Shown: positions 8,568 to 19,071 of the stretch, in pieces
How positions within the stretch are numbered: the first letter of the stretch is position 1
Layout of the letters: the number at the start of each line of letters is the position of its first letter
NCBI GenBank assembly: GCA_905478465.1
Contig: CAJQIN010000012.1
Location: 98,890 to 158,942 of the forward strand
Length of the DNA: 60,053 nucleotides
DNA from: Minisyncoccota bacterium
GTDB lineage: Bacteria > Patescibacteriota > Minisyncoccia > Phycocordibacterales > CAJQIN01
Direction: 5' to 3'
The notes under the pieces: generated by a model
The model's input: the letters and a program-made list of their open reading frames with translations, nothing else
What the model was told of the DNA's origin: nothing
Database searches by the model: none
Program-made: the position numbers and the translations under genes

Positions 8568-9551
8568 TCAAACACCCTTTTCATTGTCAATAAACCTCTC
8601 CACCACTTCCTCCACCTCACCCACACTACCGGTATCCATCAATTCTGACCGTAGCTCCTTTGAACCAGTCCACCCTGTGACGTATGCTTTAAAATGTTTT
8701 TTCATAATAGAAAAATTCTTCACATCACCAAGAATATCCTCAAACAATTTTGTATGCTCTAAAAGCGCCTTTAATATCTCTTCCGCACTTTTTTCTTCTT
8801 TTTTTTCTGTTGTACTAAAAAACCAAGGATTACCAAAAATACCTCTACCTACCATTACCCCATCACAACCAGTTTCTTCAACTCTTTTATTAGCCTCTTC
8901 TCTAGAAGAAACATCTCCATTACCAAAGATAAGTGTCTCACTTCCGAATTCATCACGAATCTCAACGGCACGCTTTATAACACTCCAGTTTGCAGGAACC
9001 TTTGACAACTCTTTTCTTGTGCGCGCATGAAGTGTGATGAGCGCAGGTTTTGTTTCCAACAACACAGGTAACCATGTTTCTATTTCATTTTTATTATATC
9101 CAATACGAGTTTTTACTGACACAGGCATATCACTCGCACCCTCTTTAGCAGCTAAAATTAATTCCTGTGCAAGCTTTGGATGCTTTATAAGCGCAGACCC
9201 TGCTATTTGTTTTTCCACACTCCTGTCAGGACATCCCATATTAATATCAAAACCATCAAAACCAAGTTCACGACAAAGTGCAGCTGCTTTTTTCATCCGT
9301 GCTGGATCTGATGTAAACATTTGAGCCACAATAGGTCGCTCATCTTCTGAGTAAAGAAGATCCCTCAATAGAAGATTGTATGCCTTATCACCCCCAAGAA
9401 ACATTCCATCAGCAGACACGAACTCTGTCCATGTAACATCAGGCTTGCCATACCTTGCAAACATACGCCGAAAAGCAGGATCTGTAACATCCGCCATTGG
9501 CGCCAGCACGATAGCAGGTTTTTTTATATCTTTCCAAAATCCATATGACAT
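8568..9551 (-). CDS. dus: tRNA-dihydrouridine synthase
   Basis: LAPMADVTD, DINMGCP, HAR, GNGDV, MVGRGIFGNPW. Confidence 0.92.
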   Translation of the reverse strand: MSYGFWKDIKKPAIVLAPMADVTDPAFRRMFARYGKPDVTWTEFVSADGMFLGGDKAYNLLLRDLLYSEDERPIVAQMFTSDPARMKKAAALCRELGFDGFDINMGCPDRSVEKQIAGSALIKHPKLAQELILAAKEGASDMPVSVKTRIGYNKNEIETWLPVLLETKPALITLHARTRKELSKVPANWSVIKRAVEIRDEFGSETLIFGNGDVSSREEANKRVEETGCDGVMVGRGIFGNPWFFSTTEKKEEKSAEEILKALLEHTKLFEDILGDVKNFSIMKKHFKAYVTGWTGSKELRSELMDTGSVGEVEEVVERFIDNEKGV

Positions 9552-9604
9552 ATACAGAGAACAATAAGGGACTTATACCTTGTTTGCAAGAGCAGACTCT
9601 AATT

Positions 9605-11983
9605 CTAGATAACAATGTCTTCTTTTGACAAAGTCACAACATCTCCACCTTTCACGCGACCCTCAAGCATTAATTCAGCAACCTTCTTCTCTACAGTATT
9701 TTGGATAACACGATTCAGCTCCCGAGCACCAAACTCTGTACTTGCACCGCACTCTACTAAATATTCTTTTGCATCTTCTGAAAGCCTTACATCTATACCC
9801 TTCTCCCTAACTCTTTTCGCAAGCTTTCGCACCATAATATCTGCAATCTTTATAAAATGTTCTTTATTGAGCGGATGAAAGACAATGACTCCATCAAAAC
9901 GATTCACAAGCTCCGGCTTAAACACGCCCTCACGAATTACACTATCTATAATTTCTTTGGTACGAAGTGACACATCATCTCCTTTTTTAGAATATTCCCA
10001 TATCAATTCACTTCCTGCATTTGAGGTTGCCACAATAATAGTATTTCTAGCATTTACTTTCTCGCCTCGCATATCTGTAAAAATTCCCTCATCAATAATC
10101 TGCAAAAAAACATCCAGAACGTTTTGATGTGTTTTTTCAAACTCATCAAGAAGAAGTACTCCATAAGGATTTTCTCTAAGCATTGAAGTTAATATTCCAG
10201 GCTTATCACTCTCAAAAGAACCTATCAATTTACCCAATGCATCTTCTGTTTTATATTCAGACATATCAAGACGCATAATTTTATTTTCATCTCCAAAAAA
10301 ACTTTCGGTTAAAGCTTTTGTAGTTTCTGTTTTTCCAACACCCGTTGGTCCCATAAAAAGAAAAGATCCAATAGGTCGTTTTGGATTTGATATCCCTGAA
10401 CGTGCACGACGTAATGCACTAGCAATAGCTACAATAGCCGTATCTTGTCCAATCACTCGTTTATGCAAATACTCCTCAAGATTAAGAAGTGTTTCTTTTT
10501 CTTTTTCAGACACATCCGATGTAGGAATACCTGTTTTCTCTTCAAAAATTCTATACACATCTTTCTCTGTAATAAGAGACATTTTATTCTTTTCAATACG
10601 TGTACGAATATCCACCAGGATGTCTGACACCTCATCGATAAGTGAGTCATTAACAAAATACCTCTCGACACCAGTAACGACAGCATCAATGGCATCATAG
10701 GTAAAAAATACATTACTTCGACGTTCAAAATATGTTACATAATTCTCTACAATTGCTCTAAGTATTTTTATATCTTTATCATCAGAAATAATATTTTCAA
10801 AACGTTCCCGTAAAATACTATTTGGTTCAATCATTTGATGGTACGCATTTTTTTCTGCAAAAGCTAGAATTTGCACACCCCTTGAAGCAAGATACATATC
10901 AAGAAGCGAAGGTACTACTGCACCTATTGAAAGAGCATTTTTTACAAATCCTGGAAAATCTGGAATAACCAAAATAATATTTCCTGCTGAAATAATTTGG
11001 CTCAAAATTCTAATAAAAGTTTGTTCAAAAATAGCCTTTTCTTTTGTTTCAGCAATAAGACCTTCTGTATCTAGCACAAAAAGTTGTTTATGCTCAAGTA
11101 ATGGATGAATATTTCCACTGGCTATTCTTTTTTCAAGAATAGGAATAATATGCTCATCTTCTTTGTCACCAACAATAAGTGCATTCGCCTCTTTGGATCT
11201 GATCAAAGTCTTTTCTATGAGATTAATTTCATCAGTAAAATATTCCTGTAAAACATCGCTATACCGATCAATAACAGGTAGAGCAAACTCCTCAAGCAAA
11301 TAAGCTCGTCCAAAAGAAAGCTTCGTTCCCACACTTGGAATACGAAAAAGATTTTCTTGTGACCACCAACGTCTTTCTTGTAGCAACATATACTCCCTCT
11401 GCTCAATCCAATGGGCCACATTTTTTACCCGTTCCATCTGCACCGACTGTGCAAACAAAAATTGTTGAAAAGCAGGATCATTAGTCACAAGTGATACGAA
11501 AATATCAGATAATGTCACGGAAGCACTTTGTCCTACCTCTACAGAATCCATAGATATTTTTATACGATTGACGTCTTTTATAAATTCCTTAATCAAAGCA
11601 TCCGAAATACCAAGACGTACAAGCAAAACTCTTCCCATTCTTGAGTGCATGAAAGACTTTGTCGCATCATCCTTGGACAAATAAAGTAATACCGAGGCAG
11701 CACTTACAGTCATGCCTGTTTTTTTATTCAGAGTATTTTGAAGAGAATTATAAAACATCTCCAGAGACATCCAGACTAACCAAAAAGCAGATAGTAGGTA
11801 CAGAGAAGCAACAGCATAATCTTGATCACCAAAAACAGCAAAAGTTTGTAGTGCTACAAGAACTACAATCATTAATGTATACAGAGTAAGTAACTTCCGA
11901 CGAGTATGCATACTTAGATATCTATCCATAGAAAAAATAGGTCTGTAGTATCTAGCCCTTTTTTGTAGAGTTTGTAGTGTCAT
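9605..11983 (-). CDS. Membrane-anchored ClpA/B-like AAA+ ATPase with degenerate first nucleotide-binding domain
   Basis: Two N-terminal TM segments. NBD2 intact ([29 protein letters not shown]); NBD1 lacks Walker A/B. Confidence 0.8.
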   Translation of the reverse strand: MTLQTLQKRARYYRPIFSMDRYLSMHTRRKLLTLYTLMIVVLVALQTFAVFGDQDYAVASLYLLSAFWLVWMSLEMFYNSLQNTLNKKTGMTVSAASVLLYLSKDDATKSFMHSRMGRVLLVRLGISDALIKEFIKDVNRIKISMDSVEVGQSASVTLSDIFVSLVTNDPAFQQFLFAQSVQMERVKNVAHWIEQREYMLLQERRWWSQENLFRIPSVGTKLSFGRAYLLEEFALPVIDRYSDVLQEYFTDEINLIEKTLIRSKEANALIVGDKEDEHIIPILEKRIASGNIHPLLEHKQLFVLDTEGLIAETKEKAIFEQTFIRILSQIISAGNIILVIPDFPGFVKNALSIGAVVPSLLDMYLASRGVQILAFAEKNAYHQMIEPNSILRERFENIISDDKDIKILRAIVENYVTYFERRSNVFFTYDAIDAVVTGVERYFVNDSLIDEVSDILVDIRTRIEKNKMSLITEKDVYRIFEEKTGIPTSDVSEKEKETLLNLEEYLHKRVIGQDTAIVAIASALRRARSGISNPKRPIGSFLFMGPTGVGKTETTKALTESFFGDENKIMRLDMSEYKTEDALGKLIGSFESDKPGILTSMLRENPYGVLLLDEFEKTHQNVLDVFLQIIDEGIFTDMRGEKVNARNTIIVATSNAGSELIWEYSKKGDDVSLRTKEIIDSVIREGVFKPELVNRFDGVIVFHPLNKEHFIKIADIMVRKLAKRVREKGIDVRLSEDAKEYLVECGASTEFGARELNRVIQNTVEKKVAELMLEGRVKGGDVVTLSKEDIVI

Positions 11984-11984
11984 A

Positions 11985-12395
11985 TTAAAAAAATAACATA
12001 AGGCTATAAATAATCATTCCACACACAATAACAGGCAACATGATCCACAACACAAGCGCAACTAGACCTAAAATAACAGTAAAAGTAATAACTATTAGCC
12101 CGCACAAAATAAGAACGCTACGTGCAAAAAAACCAACAACCCTCATTAAGGTATTAACAATAAAAGTAGAAACCCATTCGCCAATGTTAAATCCCTTTGC
12201 ATATCCTTCACCAAGCCTGCCGTACGTAGAAAAAAGTGTCCGAGAAAGAAGAGGTATTGAAAAATAGTAATAGAAAAAAGTTACAAAATTAGTCCACATA
12301 CGTATCCCCTGAAGGATTGCTCGACTATAGTGCCAAGAAAAATGATGTATAGTATCCATACAAATAGTATACATCTTCATGCATATTATTAACAC
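11985..12395 (-). CDS. Small membrane protein coupled to the Clp-like gene (start uncertain, possibly 12359)
   Basis: WHY and FSIPLL.RTLF motifs, long hydrophobic C-terminal half, stop 1 nt before the Clp-like start. Confidence 0.7.
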   Translation of the reverse strand: MLIICMKMYTICMDTIHHFSWHYSRAILQGIRMWTNFVTFFYYYFSIPLLSRTLFSTYGRLGEGYAKGFNIGEWVSTFIVNTLMRVVGFFARSVLILCGLIVITFTVILGLVALVLWIMLPVIVCGMIIYSLMLFF

Positions 12396-12409
12396 ACAAA
12401 CCCTAACAG

Positions 12410-13243
12410 CTATTGAACTTTGTAGAAAACTTTTCCTGGCAAACGAGCATCTACGTAATCAATAAAACTTCCATCTTCAATTTCATATAAAAAACTATCC
12501 TGGGACAAAAGAATAGAAACGTTTTCAAATGTCTGCGTAAGTCCAGTATTTAGATCAACAAATAAAGAACCTCCATTTTGGAGTCTGAAGGTTAAATTAG
12601 AATCCTTCTCAAAATTTAACCCTGTGATACGTAACATATAGGCATCTGATTTTGCATTTACGGCATTAACAAAAGAAATTATTTTTTGAAATGTTTCTCT
12701 TGGTACATACTGAGCTCCCAATGGCTCACCCTGTATACGCCCTGAATATTTCATCAATACACCATCAGAATAATTTGGTGATTTTTCAAAGACATATCCG
12801 CTATTATCAATAAAATAACATTCTTCTTTTTCTGACACATACCTACACCACACACCAATTTCTTGCCGCTCTTTAACGGTAATTTTTAAAGTTTTTGTGT
12901 GAAAAATATCTAATTCTATAGAATATTTTTCAATCTCAGGATAATTTAAAGAAAGAGCGTCTTCTATGTTAGATTTTGGATATAAAAAAATATTTGTTTT
13001 TGGAATTAACCACAGATATTTACCTTCTAATACACTGCCCACATCTTCTGATACTCGAGTACTCAAAGATGTGTACTCACCTTCAACATACACTTCCTGT
13101 ATTTGTAGATAATTTAGTCGTAATACATATATACAACCAAAAACAATAGCAAGTATCAATAAACAAAATACCCCCAGCTTCCACTGTAGTACTTTTTTCT
13201 TTTTCTTTCGTAATTTTTTAGAACGTAATGTACGAATAGACAT
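12410..13243 (-). CDS. FtsQ/DivIB-like cell division protein
   Basis: Basic N-terminus, one TM, POTRA-like segment, C-terminal YVDARLPGKVFYK. Confidence 0.75.
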   Translation of the reverse strand: MSIRTLRSKKLRKKKKKVLQWKLGVFCLLILAIVFGCIYVLRLNYLQIQEVYVEGEYTSLSTRVSEDVGSVLEGKYLWLIPKTNIFLYPKSNIEDALSLNYPEIEKYSIELDIFHTKTLKITVKERQEIGVWCRYVSEKEECYFIDNSGYVFEKSPNYSDGVLMKYSGRIQGEPLGAQYVPRETFQKIISFVNAVNAKSDAYMLRITGLNFEKDSNLTFRLQNGGSLFVDLNTGLTQTFENVSILLSQDSFLYEIEDGSFIDYVDARLPGKVFYKVQ

Positions 13244-13249
13244 ACACTT

Positions 13250-14524
13250 TTACTGAGAATTTGGAGATGATATAACATCTTTTCCAAGATATGGACGCAA
13301 TACTTCTGGAACACGAATTGAACCATCAGCTTGCTGAAAATTTTCAAGAAGAGAAACAAGAATACGTGGAGTTGGAATAGCAGTACAGTTTAACGAGTGG
13401 GCATATCTTAACTTTCCGTCTTCTGCCTTGTAGCGAGTATTAAAACGCCTGGTTTGATAGTCGTGGAAATATGATGCACTAGAAATTTCTCTATAGGTAT
13501 TTTCTTTTGGTACCCAAAGCTCTGTATCGTACTGCTTCACCTTACTTGCAGACAAATCTCCCGTACAAATAAATAAACGCCTATATGGAATACCAAGTGT
13601 TTCTATAAACTCTTCGACATTTTTATTTACCTCTTCGAAAAGAGCATCTGACGCCTCATGACTAGCCTCACAAAGTATAAGTTGTTCCCACTTATAAAAT
13701 TCATGTACACGGATAAGACCCTTTACATCTTTACTATGACTTCCCGCTTCTCGACGAAAACACGGAGAAAAAGCCAAATACTTTCTTGGTAATGTCTGTT
13801 TCTCAAGAACTTCATCAGAATGATATGCCATCATGGCAACTTCAGATGTTCCTGTTAAATATTCATCATCTTGTGTTTTAAACAAATCATTTTCTTCTCC
13901 TGGCAAGTGTCCTGTTCCATAGAAAAATTCTTTATGTAAAATTGCTGGAGTAATGAAGGGACTGAAACCACGCTTCAAAAAGAAATCTCGAGCATAGTTC
14001 CAAATAGCCCAAGAAAGAAGTGCTCCATCATTCTTGAGAAAATACCCACGAAACCCATGCACCTTTGTCCCTCTGTCAAAATCAGCCATATCAAGATTCT
14101 CCATCAAAGTAATATGGTCCCTTGGTTCAAAATCAAATACCGGTTTTTCTCCCCAAACCTTTGCTTCAACATTATCTTCTTCTCCCGCACCTTCTGGCAC
14201 AGACATATCAGGAATATTCGGAACCTGCAACATTAAACCTTGCCACTCCTTCATAACACTTTTTAGTAACTCTTCTTTCTTCTGAAGTTCCTCTTTCAAA
14301 ATAGTCATTTCTGCGATAAGAGTTTGTTTCTCCTCAATAGACACCTGTGTGATCCTCTGACTCACTTCATTTTGTTTTGTACGAAATGCCTCCACCTCCT
14401 GAATATGAGTTCGACGAGCATCATCAACTTCTATAAGTTTTTGTACGTCAAAATCTAAACCCTTCTTTTTAGCAGATAATTCTATGACTTCTTTATTTTC
14501 TCGTATAAATTTAATATCTAACAT
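13250..14524 (-). CDS. serS: Serine--tRNA ligase
   Basis: MLDIKFIREN start, GTSEV, FRREAG motif 2, EISSAS, LNCTAIPTPR motif 3. Confidence 0.97.
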   Translation of the reverse strand: MLDIKFIRENKEVIELSAKKKGLDFDVQKLIEVDDARRTHIQEVEAFRTKQNEVSQRITQVSIEEKQTLIAEMTILKEELQKKEELLKSVMKEWQGLMLQVPNIPDMSVPEGAGEEDNVEAKVWGEKPVFDFEPRDHITLMENLDMADFDRGTKVHGFRGYFLKNDGALLSWAIWNYARDFFLKRGFSPFITPAILHKEFFYGTGHLPGEENDLFKTQDDEYLTGTSEVAMMAYHSDEVLEKQTLPRKYLAFSPCFRREAGSHSKDVKGLIRVHEFYKWEQLILCEASHEASDALFEEVNKNVEEFIETLGIPYRRLFICTGDLSASKVKQYDTELWVPKENTYREISSASYFHDYQTRRFNTRYKAEDGKLRYAHSLNCTAIPTPRILVSLLENFQQADGSIRVPEVLRPYLGKDVISSPNSQ

Positions 14525-14563
14525 ATTCCTTATATAGTACCAGAAGTGATACAATTCTGGAAT

Positions 14564-15421
14564 ATGGACGATATTCAAACACAATCCATCCCTACACTTC
14601 TCCAGGAAATCAACGACCCTCCAAAAAGACTCTATCTTCGGGGAAAACTCCCACCAGACGAAGTGCCTAGAATCTGTTTTGTTGGTTCAAGAAAATACAC
14701 AACCTATGGCAAAGACGTGTGCGAGCATCTCATCCGAGCACTCAAAGGATACGATGTCTCTATTGTCTCAGGTCTTGCTCTTGGTATTGATAGTATCGCC
14801 CACAACACAGCCCTGGAGTGCGGACTGCACACTATTGCTGTCCCAGGATCCGGTATTAGTGATACAGCTATCTATCCCCGCAGCCACCTCTCTCTTGCCC
14901 AGAAAATTCTTTCTTCAGGAGGAGCACTCCTCTCAGAATTTGAACCAGATTTCCACGCAACAAAGTGGAGCTTTCCTCAAAGAAATAGAATCATGGCAGG
15001 TTTATCTAATATAGTAATTATTATTGAAGCTAGTGATAAATCTGGAACACTAATAACGGCACGTCTTGCCATGGAATATAATCGAGAAGTCTGCGCCGTC
15101 CCAGGGCCTATCTTTTCCAAAAATTCAGAAGGCCCACACAGACTCATTCGAGATGGTGCGACACCTATCACATCAAAAAAAGATTTATTAGAAGTTCTTG
15201 GTTTTGAATCAAACACAAAACCACTGACACAAAAGAAACTTTATTTCGACCTATCTGAAGATGAACAAAGTATTCTGACACTTCTTGAAAAGGGACCGCA
15301 GAGTAAAAATGATATTGCAGAAAATACTAGTTTCTCTATTTCACACACAAACATCACTCTCTCACTTATGGAATTAAAAGGATTAGTAAAAGAATTTTCT
15401 GGAAAAATACACATAAAATAA
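14564..15421 (+). CDS. dprA: DNA-processing protein DprA
   Basis: VGSRK, VSGLALGIDSIAH, FPQRNRIMAGLS, SGTLITA, AVPG, C-terminal winged helix. Confidence 0.95.
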   Translation: MDDIQTQSIPTLLQEINDPPKRLYLRGKLPPDEVPRICFVGSRKYTTYGKDVCEHLIRALKGYDVSIVSGLALGIDSIAHNTALECGLHTIAVPGSGISDTAIYPRSHLSLAQKILSSGGALLSEFEPDFHATKWSFPQRNRIMAGLSNIVIIIEASDKSGTLITARLAMEYNREVCAVPGPIFSKNSEGPHRLIRDGATPITSKKDLLEVLGFESNTKPLTQKKLYFDLSEDEQSILTLLEKGPQSKNDIAENTSFSISHTNITLSLMELKGLVKEFSGKIHIK

Positions 15422-15467
15422 TTTTAAACCTTGCAGAAAAACTACATATAGTGTACTAATATCTTCA

Positions 15468-17810
15468 ATGGCAACCAAAACAAAAAAACTTTTTATCGTT
15501 GAGTCTCCTGCAAAAGCAAAGACTGTTTCAAAATATATTGGAGATGATTATGTGGTACGAGCTTCTATTGGACACGTGCGTGACCTTCCCAAGAGTAATA
15601 AAAATGCAGTTGATATCAAGGCAGGTTTTGTACCAAGCTACATCATTAGTCCTGGAAAAGAAAAAGTCGTATCCGAACTCAAGGCTCTAGCAAAAGATGC
15701 AAAAGAAATACTTCTCGCAACTGACCCCGACCGCGAAGGCGAGGCTATAGCATGGCACCTTTCAGAACTTCTGGGCGGCAAAAATATAAAGCGTGTCACC
15801 TATAACGAAATTACCAAAGAAGCAGTTCAAACTGCTCTCAAAAAACCACGACCCATCGACATGCACCTCAAAGAAGCACAGGAAGCAAGACGAGTGCTCG
15901 ACAGACTCTTTGGGTATGACCTATCTGGACTTATCTGGAAAAAAGTTCGATATGGCCTTTCTGCGGGAAGAGTACAGTCACCAGCTCTTCGCATTCTCAT
16001 GGAAAGAGAACGGGAAATTCGCGCCTTTAATCCCGAAACATTTTGGACCATTACGGCGGACGTAACCGCACCAAGTAAAGAAACTTTCTTACTCACTTGT
16101 GCCGAAGAACCCAAAGAAAAAGAACGTCTAGATTTTATAGTAAAAGAAGCAAAAAAAGGAAAATGGATTGTTTCTAAAATAAAAGAAAGTCCTGCAAAAC
16201 GTGCACCAAAACCACCATTCATCACTTCAACACTCCAACAAACAGCAAGTACTCGACTTGGTTTTTCACCATCACGAACAATGGGTATTGCTCAGAAGCT
16301 ATACGAATCAGGACACATCACATATATGCGTACAGATAGTCCGAACCTGAGTGTAACAGCGATGTTGTCAGCAGAAGAAACTATCAAAAAACTTTTTGGA
16401 GATTCATATTATGAACGTCGAGCATATAAAGCCAAAGGCAAAAATGCCCAAGAAGCACATGAGGCTATTCGTCCAACACAATTTGAAAATAAAGATGCCG
16501 GATTAACAACAGAACAAAGAGAACTGTATAGACTAATATGGTCACGAACCCTTGCGAGCCAGATGACTGATGCACAAATGACAAAAACAAAGGTTTTGGT
16601 AAAAGTGGGCGAAAATAAAGATATGCCATTTTTTGCAGTGAACGGTTCTAGATACACTTTCGACGGATGGATGAAAGCCGATCCTGCATCACGCCGAGAA
16701 GACATTGAGGTACCGAAAGTAACAGAAAAAGACCTCTTAACACTAAAAGAACTCCACCCTGAAGAAAAACAAACACAACCTCTATCACGATACTCTGAAG
16801 CAGGACTTATCAAAGAACTCGAAAAAAGAGGAATCGGACGACCGAGTACATATGCAAGTATTATCAAAACCCTCGAAGACCGTGGATATGCCACAAAGGA
16901 AGGTCGAACTCTTTTTCCTACTGACACAGGAGATGTGGTTAGTTCTTTTGTCGAAGAAAACTTCGCAGATTATATTAGTGACTCTTTCACAGCAGAGATG
17001 GAAGATAACCTTGATGATATTGCTGATGGAAAAAAAGAGTACGTCAAGATATTAAAAAACTTCTACACTTCTTTTACAAAAGATATCGCTTCAAAAGAAA
17101 ATATCCCAAAAATTACCGACCTCGGACCAGCAGATAAAAAACACAAATGTCCTACCTGCAATAAAAAAATGGTTATCAAATTAGGAAGAATGGGAAAGTT
17201 TCTATCATGTGCCAACTATCCAGACTGCACAGGAGCACTTACCTTAGAAGGAAAAGAAATCGCCAGTGATACACCCATTGGAACACACCCTGATACAGGA
17301 GAATCTATTTATGTAAAAATAGGGCGCTTTGGTCCATATGTACAACAAGGAGAGAAAGTTAAAGGTTCAAAAATAAAACCTCGAATGGCAAGTATTCCAA
17401 AAGAAACTGATCCTGAAAATATAACAATGGAAGAAGCCCTTACCTACCTTTCACTTCCACGTGATCTTGGAACACACCCTGATACAGGAGAATCTATCGT
17501 TGCTAACAATGGACGCTTTGGTCCATACATAGCGCACAATGGAGAATTTAGGTCAATAAAATCACCAGACGATGTTTATAAAATTACTTTTGATCGTGCC
17601 CTAGAAATGCTCTCAATACCAAAACCACTGCCAAAAGGTGTGACACTTTTCAAAGAACTTGGAAAACATCCAAAAACAGGAAAAAAAATTGATCTTCTTG
17701 AAAGTAAAAAAGGTCTATTTTTGAAAAAAGGACTTCGACGTATTTTTATTCCTGACCATCTTGATCCAAAAACACTAACAATAGAAGATGTTGTGAAGCT
17801 ACTGGGATAA
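15468..17810 (+). CDS. topA: DNA topoisomerase I
   Basis: IVESPAK, ATDPDREGE, SAGRVQ, ITYMRTD, one Zn ribbon plus C-terminal GRFGPY repeats. Confidence 0.97.
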   Translation: MATKTKKLFIVESPAKAKTVSKYIGDDYVVRASIGHVRDLPKSNKNAVDIKAGFVPSYIISPGKEKVVSELKALAKDAKEILLATDPDREGEAIAWHLSELLGGKNIKRVTYNEITKEAVQTALKKPRPIDMHLKEAQEARRVLDRLFGYDLSGLIWKKVRYGLSAGRVQSPALRILMEREREIRAFNPETFWTITADVTAPSKETFLLTCAEEPKEKERLDFIVKEAKKGKWIVSKIKESPAKRAPKPPFITSTLQQTASTRLGFSPSRTMGIAQKLYESGHITYMRTDSPNLSVTAMLSAEETIKKLFGDSYYERRAYKAKGKNAQEAHEAIRPTQFENKDAGLTTEQRELYRLIWSRTLASQMTDAQMTKTKVLVKVGENKDMPFFAVNGSRYTFDGWMKADPASRREDIEVPKVTEKDLLTLKELHPEEKQTQPLSRYSEAGLIKELEKRGIGRPSTYASIIKTLEDRGYATKEGRTLFPTDTGDVVSSFVEENFADYISDSFTAEMEDNLDDIADGKKEYVKILKNFYTSFTKDIASKENIPKITDLGPADKKHKCPTCNKKMVIKLGRMGKFLSCANYPDCTGALTLEGKEIASDTPIGTHPDTGESIYVKIGRFGPYVQQGEKVKGSKIKPRMASIPKETDPENITMEEALTYLSLPRDLGTHPDTGESIVANNGRFGPYIAHNGEFRSIKSPDDVYKITFDRALEMLSIPKPLPKGVTLFKELGKHPKTGKKIDLLESKKGLFLKKGLRRIFIPDHLDPKTLTIEDVVKLLG
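17278..17497 (+). repeat. 31-bp exact direct repeat within the topA C-terminal repeats (17278-17308 and 17467-17497)
   Basis: ttggaacacaccctgatacaggagaatctat occurs twice, 189 nt apart. Confidence 0.85.
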
Positions 17811-17819
17811 CACAAAATA

Positions 17820-17870
17820 ACACCTTTATAAAAATAACTAGATACTATCTAGTTATTTTTATAAAGGTGT
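17820..17870. terminator. Bidirectional terminator-like 25-bp perfect inverted repeat
   Basis: acacctttataaaaataactagata-c-tatctagttatttttataaaggtgt between convergent topA and parB. Confidence 0.8.
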
Positions 17871-17920
17871 CCAATAATATTCTTAAGTAAACAACCTCTA
17901 CCGTAAAATAGTCATTCTTA

Positions 17921-18922
17921 TTACAAAGAAAAATTCTTTATAGAATACAAATCATCATCCTCTTCCGGCTCTTCTTGCGGAAGAGATTCATTTTCAATTT
18001 TATTATCCTCAACAGGGTCATGTTCGAAACCTGCAACCTGTTCTGCCTCAACATTATTTCCCTCTACATGCATGGCATTGGTTATATTTGCACTTGTCTC
18101 ATTTTTTACTGCCTCAAACAACTTTCGTAACTCATCTTTTGAAATAAAATCAATTGAAATAATTCCCCCATGTTCAAAACGTTCAATATTTACCCGCGTT
18201 CCCAAACTATCTGAAAGTCCCTGCTGAAGTTCCACAAGCTCAGGATCATCGATATATTTCTTTCTTCGTACTTTATCCTGTGCAATACGCCTAGACATCT
18301 TTTCTGTCTCACGCACATTAAGTTTTTTGAAAATAATCTCTTTTAAAAGTACTGCCTGCTCATCAACTCTGTCGTTCAGCATTCCTAGCGGACGAGTATG
18401 TCCTTCGGAAATCTTTCCTTCTGCAAGTGCCTGTAGAACTGGTTCTGGGAGCTCAAGGATACGAAGGGTATTGGTCACATACACACGACTCTTACCCACC
18501 TTCTTCCCTACCTGCTCATGAGTGAGCCCAAAATCAGCCACAAGACGCTTAAAAGCTTTAGCTCGATCTATTGCATTCAAGTCTTCTCTTTGAACATTTT
18601 CGATGATAGCAAGCTCAAGTTTCATCAAATCATCTTCTGCACCTGTTTTGATGAGAACAGGAACTTCTCGAAGTCCTGCAAGACGTGAAGCACGAAGACG
18701 CCGTTCTCCAGCGATAAGTTCATACCGAACAGCAATACCACCTTCTGGTTTCTGAATTTCTTTTCTGGTAACAACAAGAGCCTGAAGCACTCCATACTGA
18801 CGAATAGAGTCAGCTAGACTCTGTAGCTCTGTCTGATTGAACTCTCGTCGAGGTTGATACGGATTAGGTTCGATCTTGTCGACCTCAATCCAGAAAATTG
18901 AATCTTGATAAAACTGTGACAT
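17921..18922 (-). CDS. parB: ParB/Spo0J partition protein
   Basis: NPYQPRREF, LIAGERRLRA, ENVQREDLN, HTH, acidic tail. Confidence 0.93.
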   Translation of the reverse strand: MSQFYQDSIFWIEVDKIEPNPYQPRREFNQTELQSLADSIRQYGVLQALVVTRKEIQKPEGGIAVRYELIAGERRLRASRLAGLREVPVLIKTGAEDDLMKLELAIIENVQREDLNAIDRAKAFKRLVADFGLTHEQVGKKVGKSRVYVTNTLRILELPEPVLQALAEGKISEGHTRPLGMLNDRVDEQAVLLKEIIFKKLNVRETEKMSRRIAQDKVRRKKYIDDPELVELQQGLSDSLGTRVNIERFEHGGIISIDFISKDELRKLFEAVKNETSANITNAMHVEGNNVEAEQVAGFEHDPVEDNKIENESLPQEEPEEDDDLYSIKNFSL

Positions 18923-18987
18923 GCGAATATTTTAGCACGTCTTAAGGAGTTTCTTAAGTTGAAATTTTTTGGTAGTATCTCTTTATT

Positions 18988-19069
18988 GCCGGAGTGGTGG
19001 AATTGGTATACACGCACGACTCAAAATCGTGTGGCGCAAGCCTTGAGGGTTCAAGTCCCTCCTCCGGCA
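18988..19069 (+). tRNA. tRNA-Leu(CAA)
   Basis: Cloverleaf with long variable arm; CACGA-CT-CAA-AA-TCGTG; followed by CCG instead of CCA. Confidence 0.95.
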
Positions 19070-19071
19070 CC

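Noticed and set aside
18994-19071. N-terminal extension of MiaA in the ORF track
   Set aside because: It is the tRNA-Leu(CAA) sequence read in frame; MiaA homology starts at GTG 19072.
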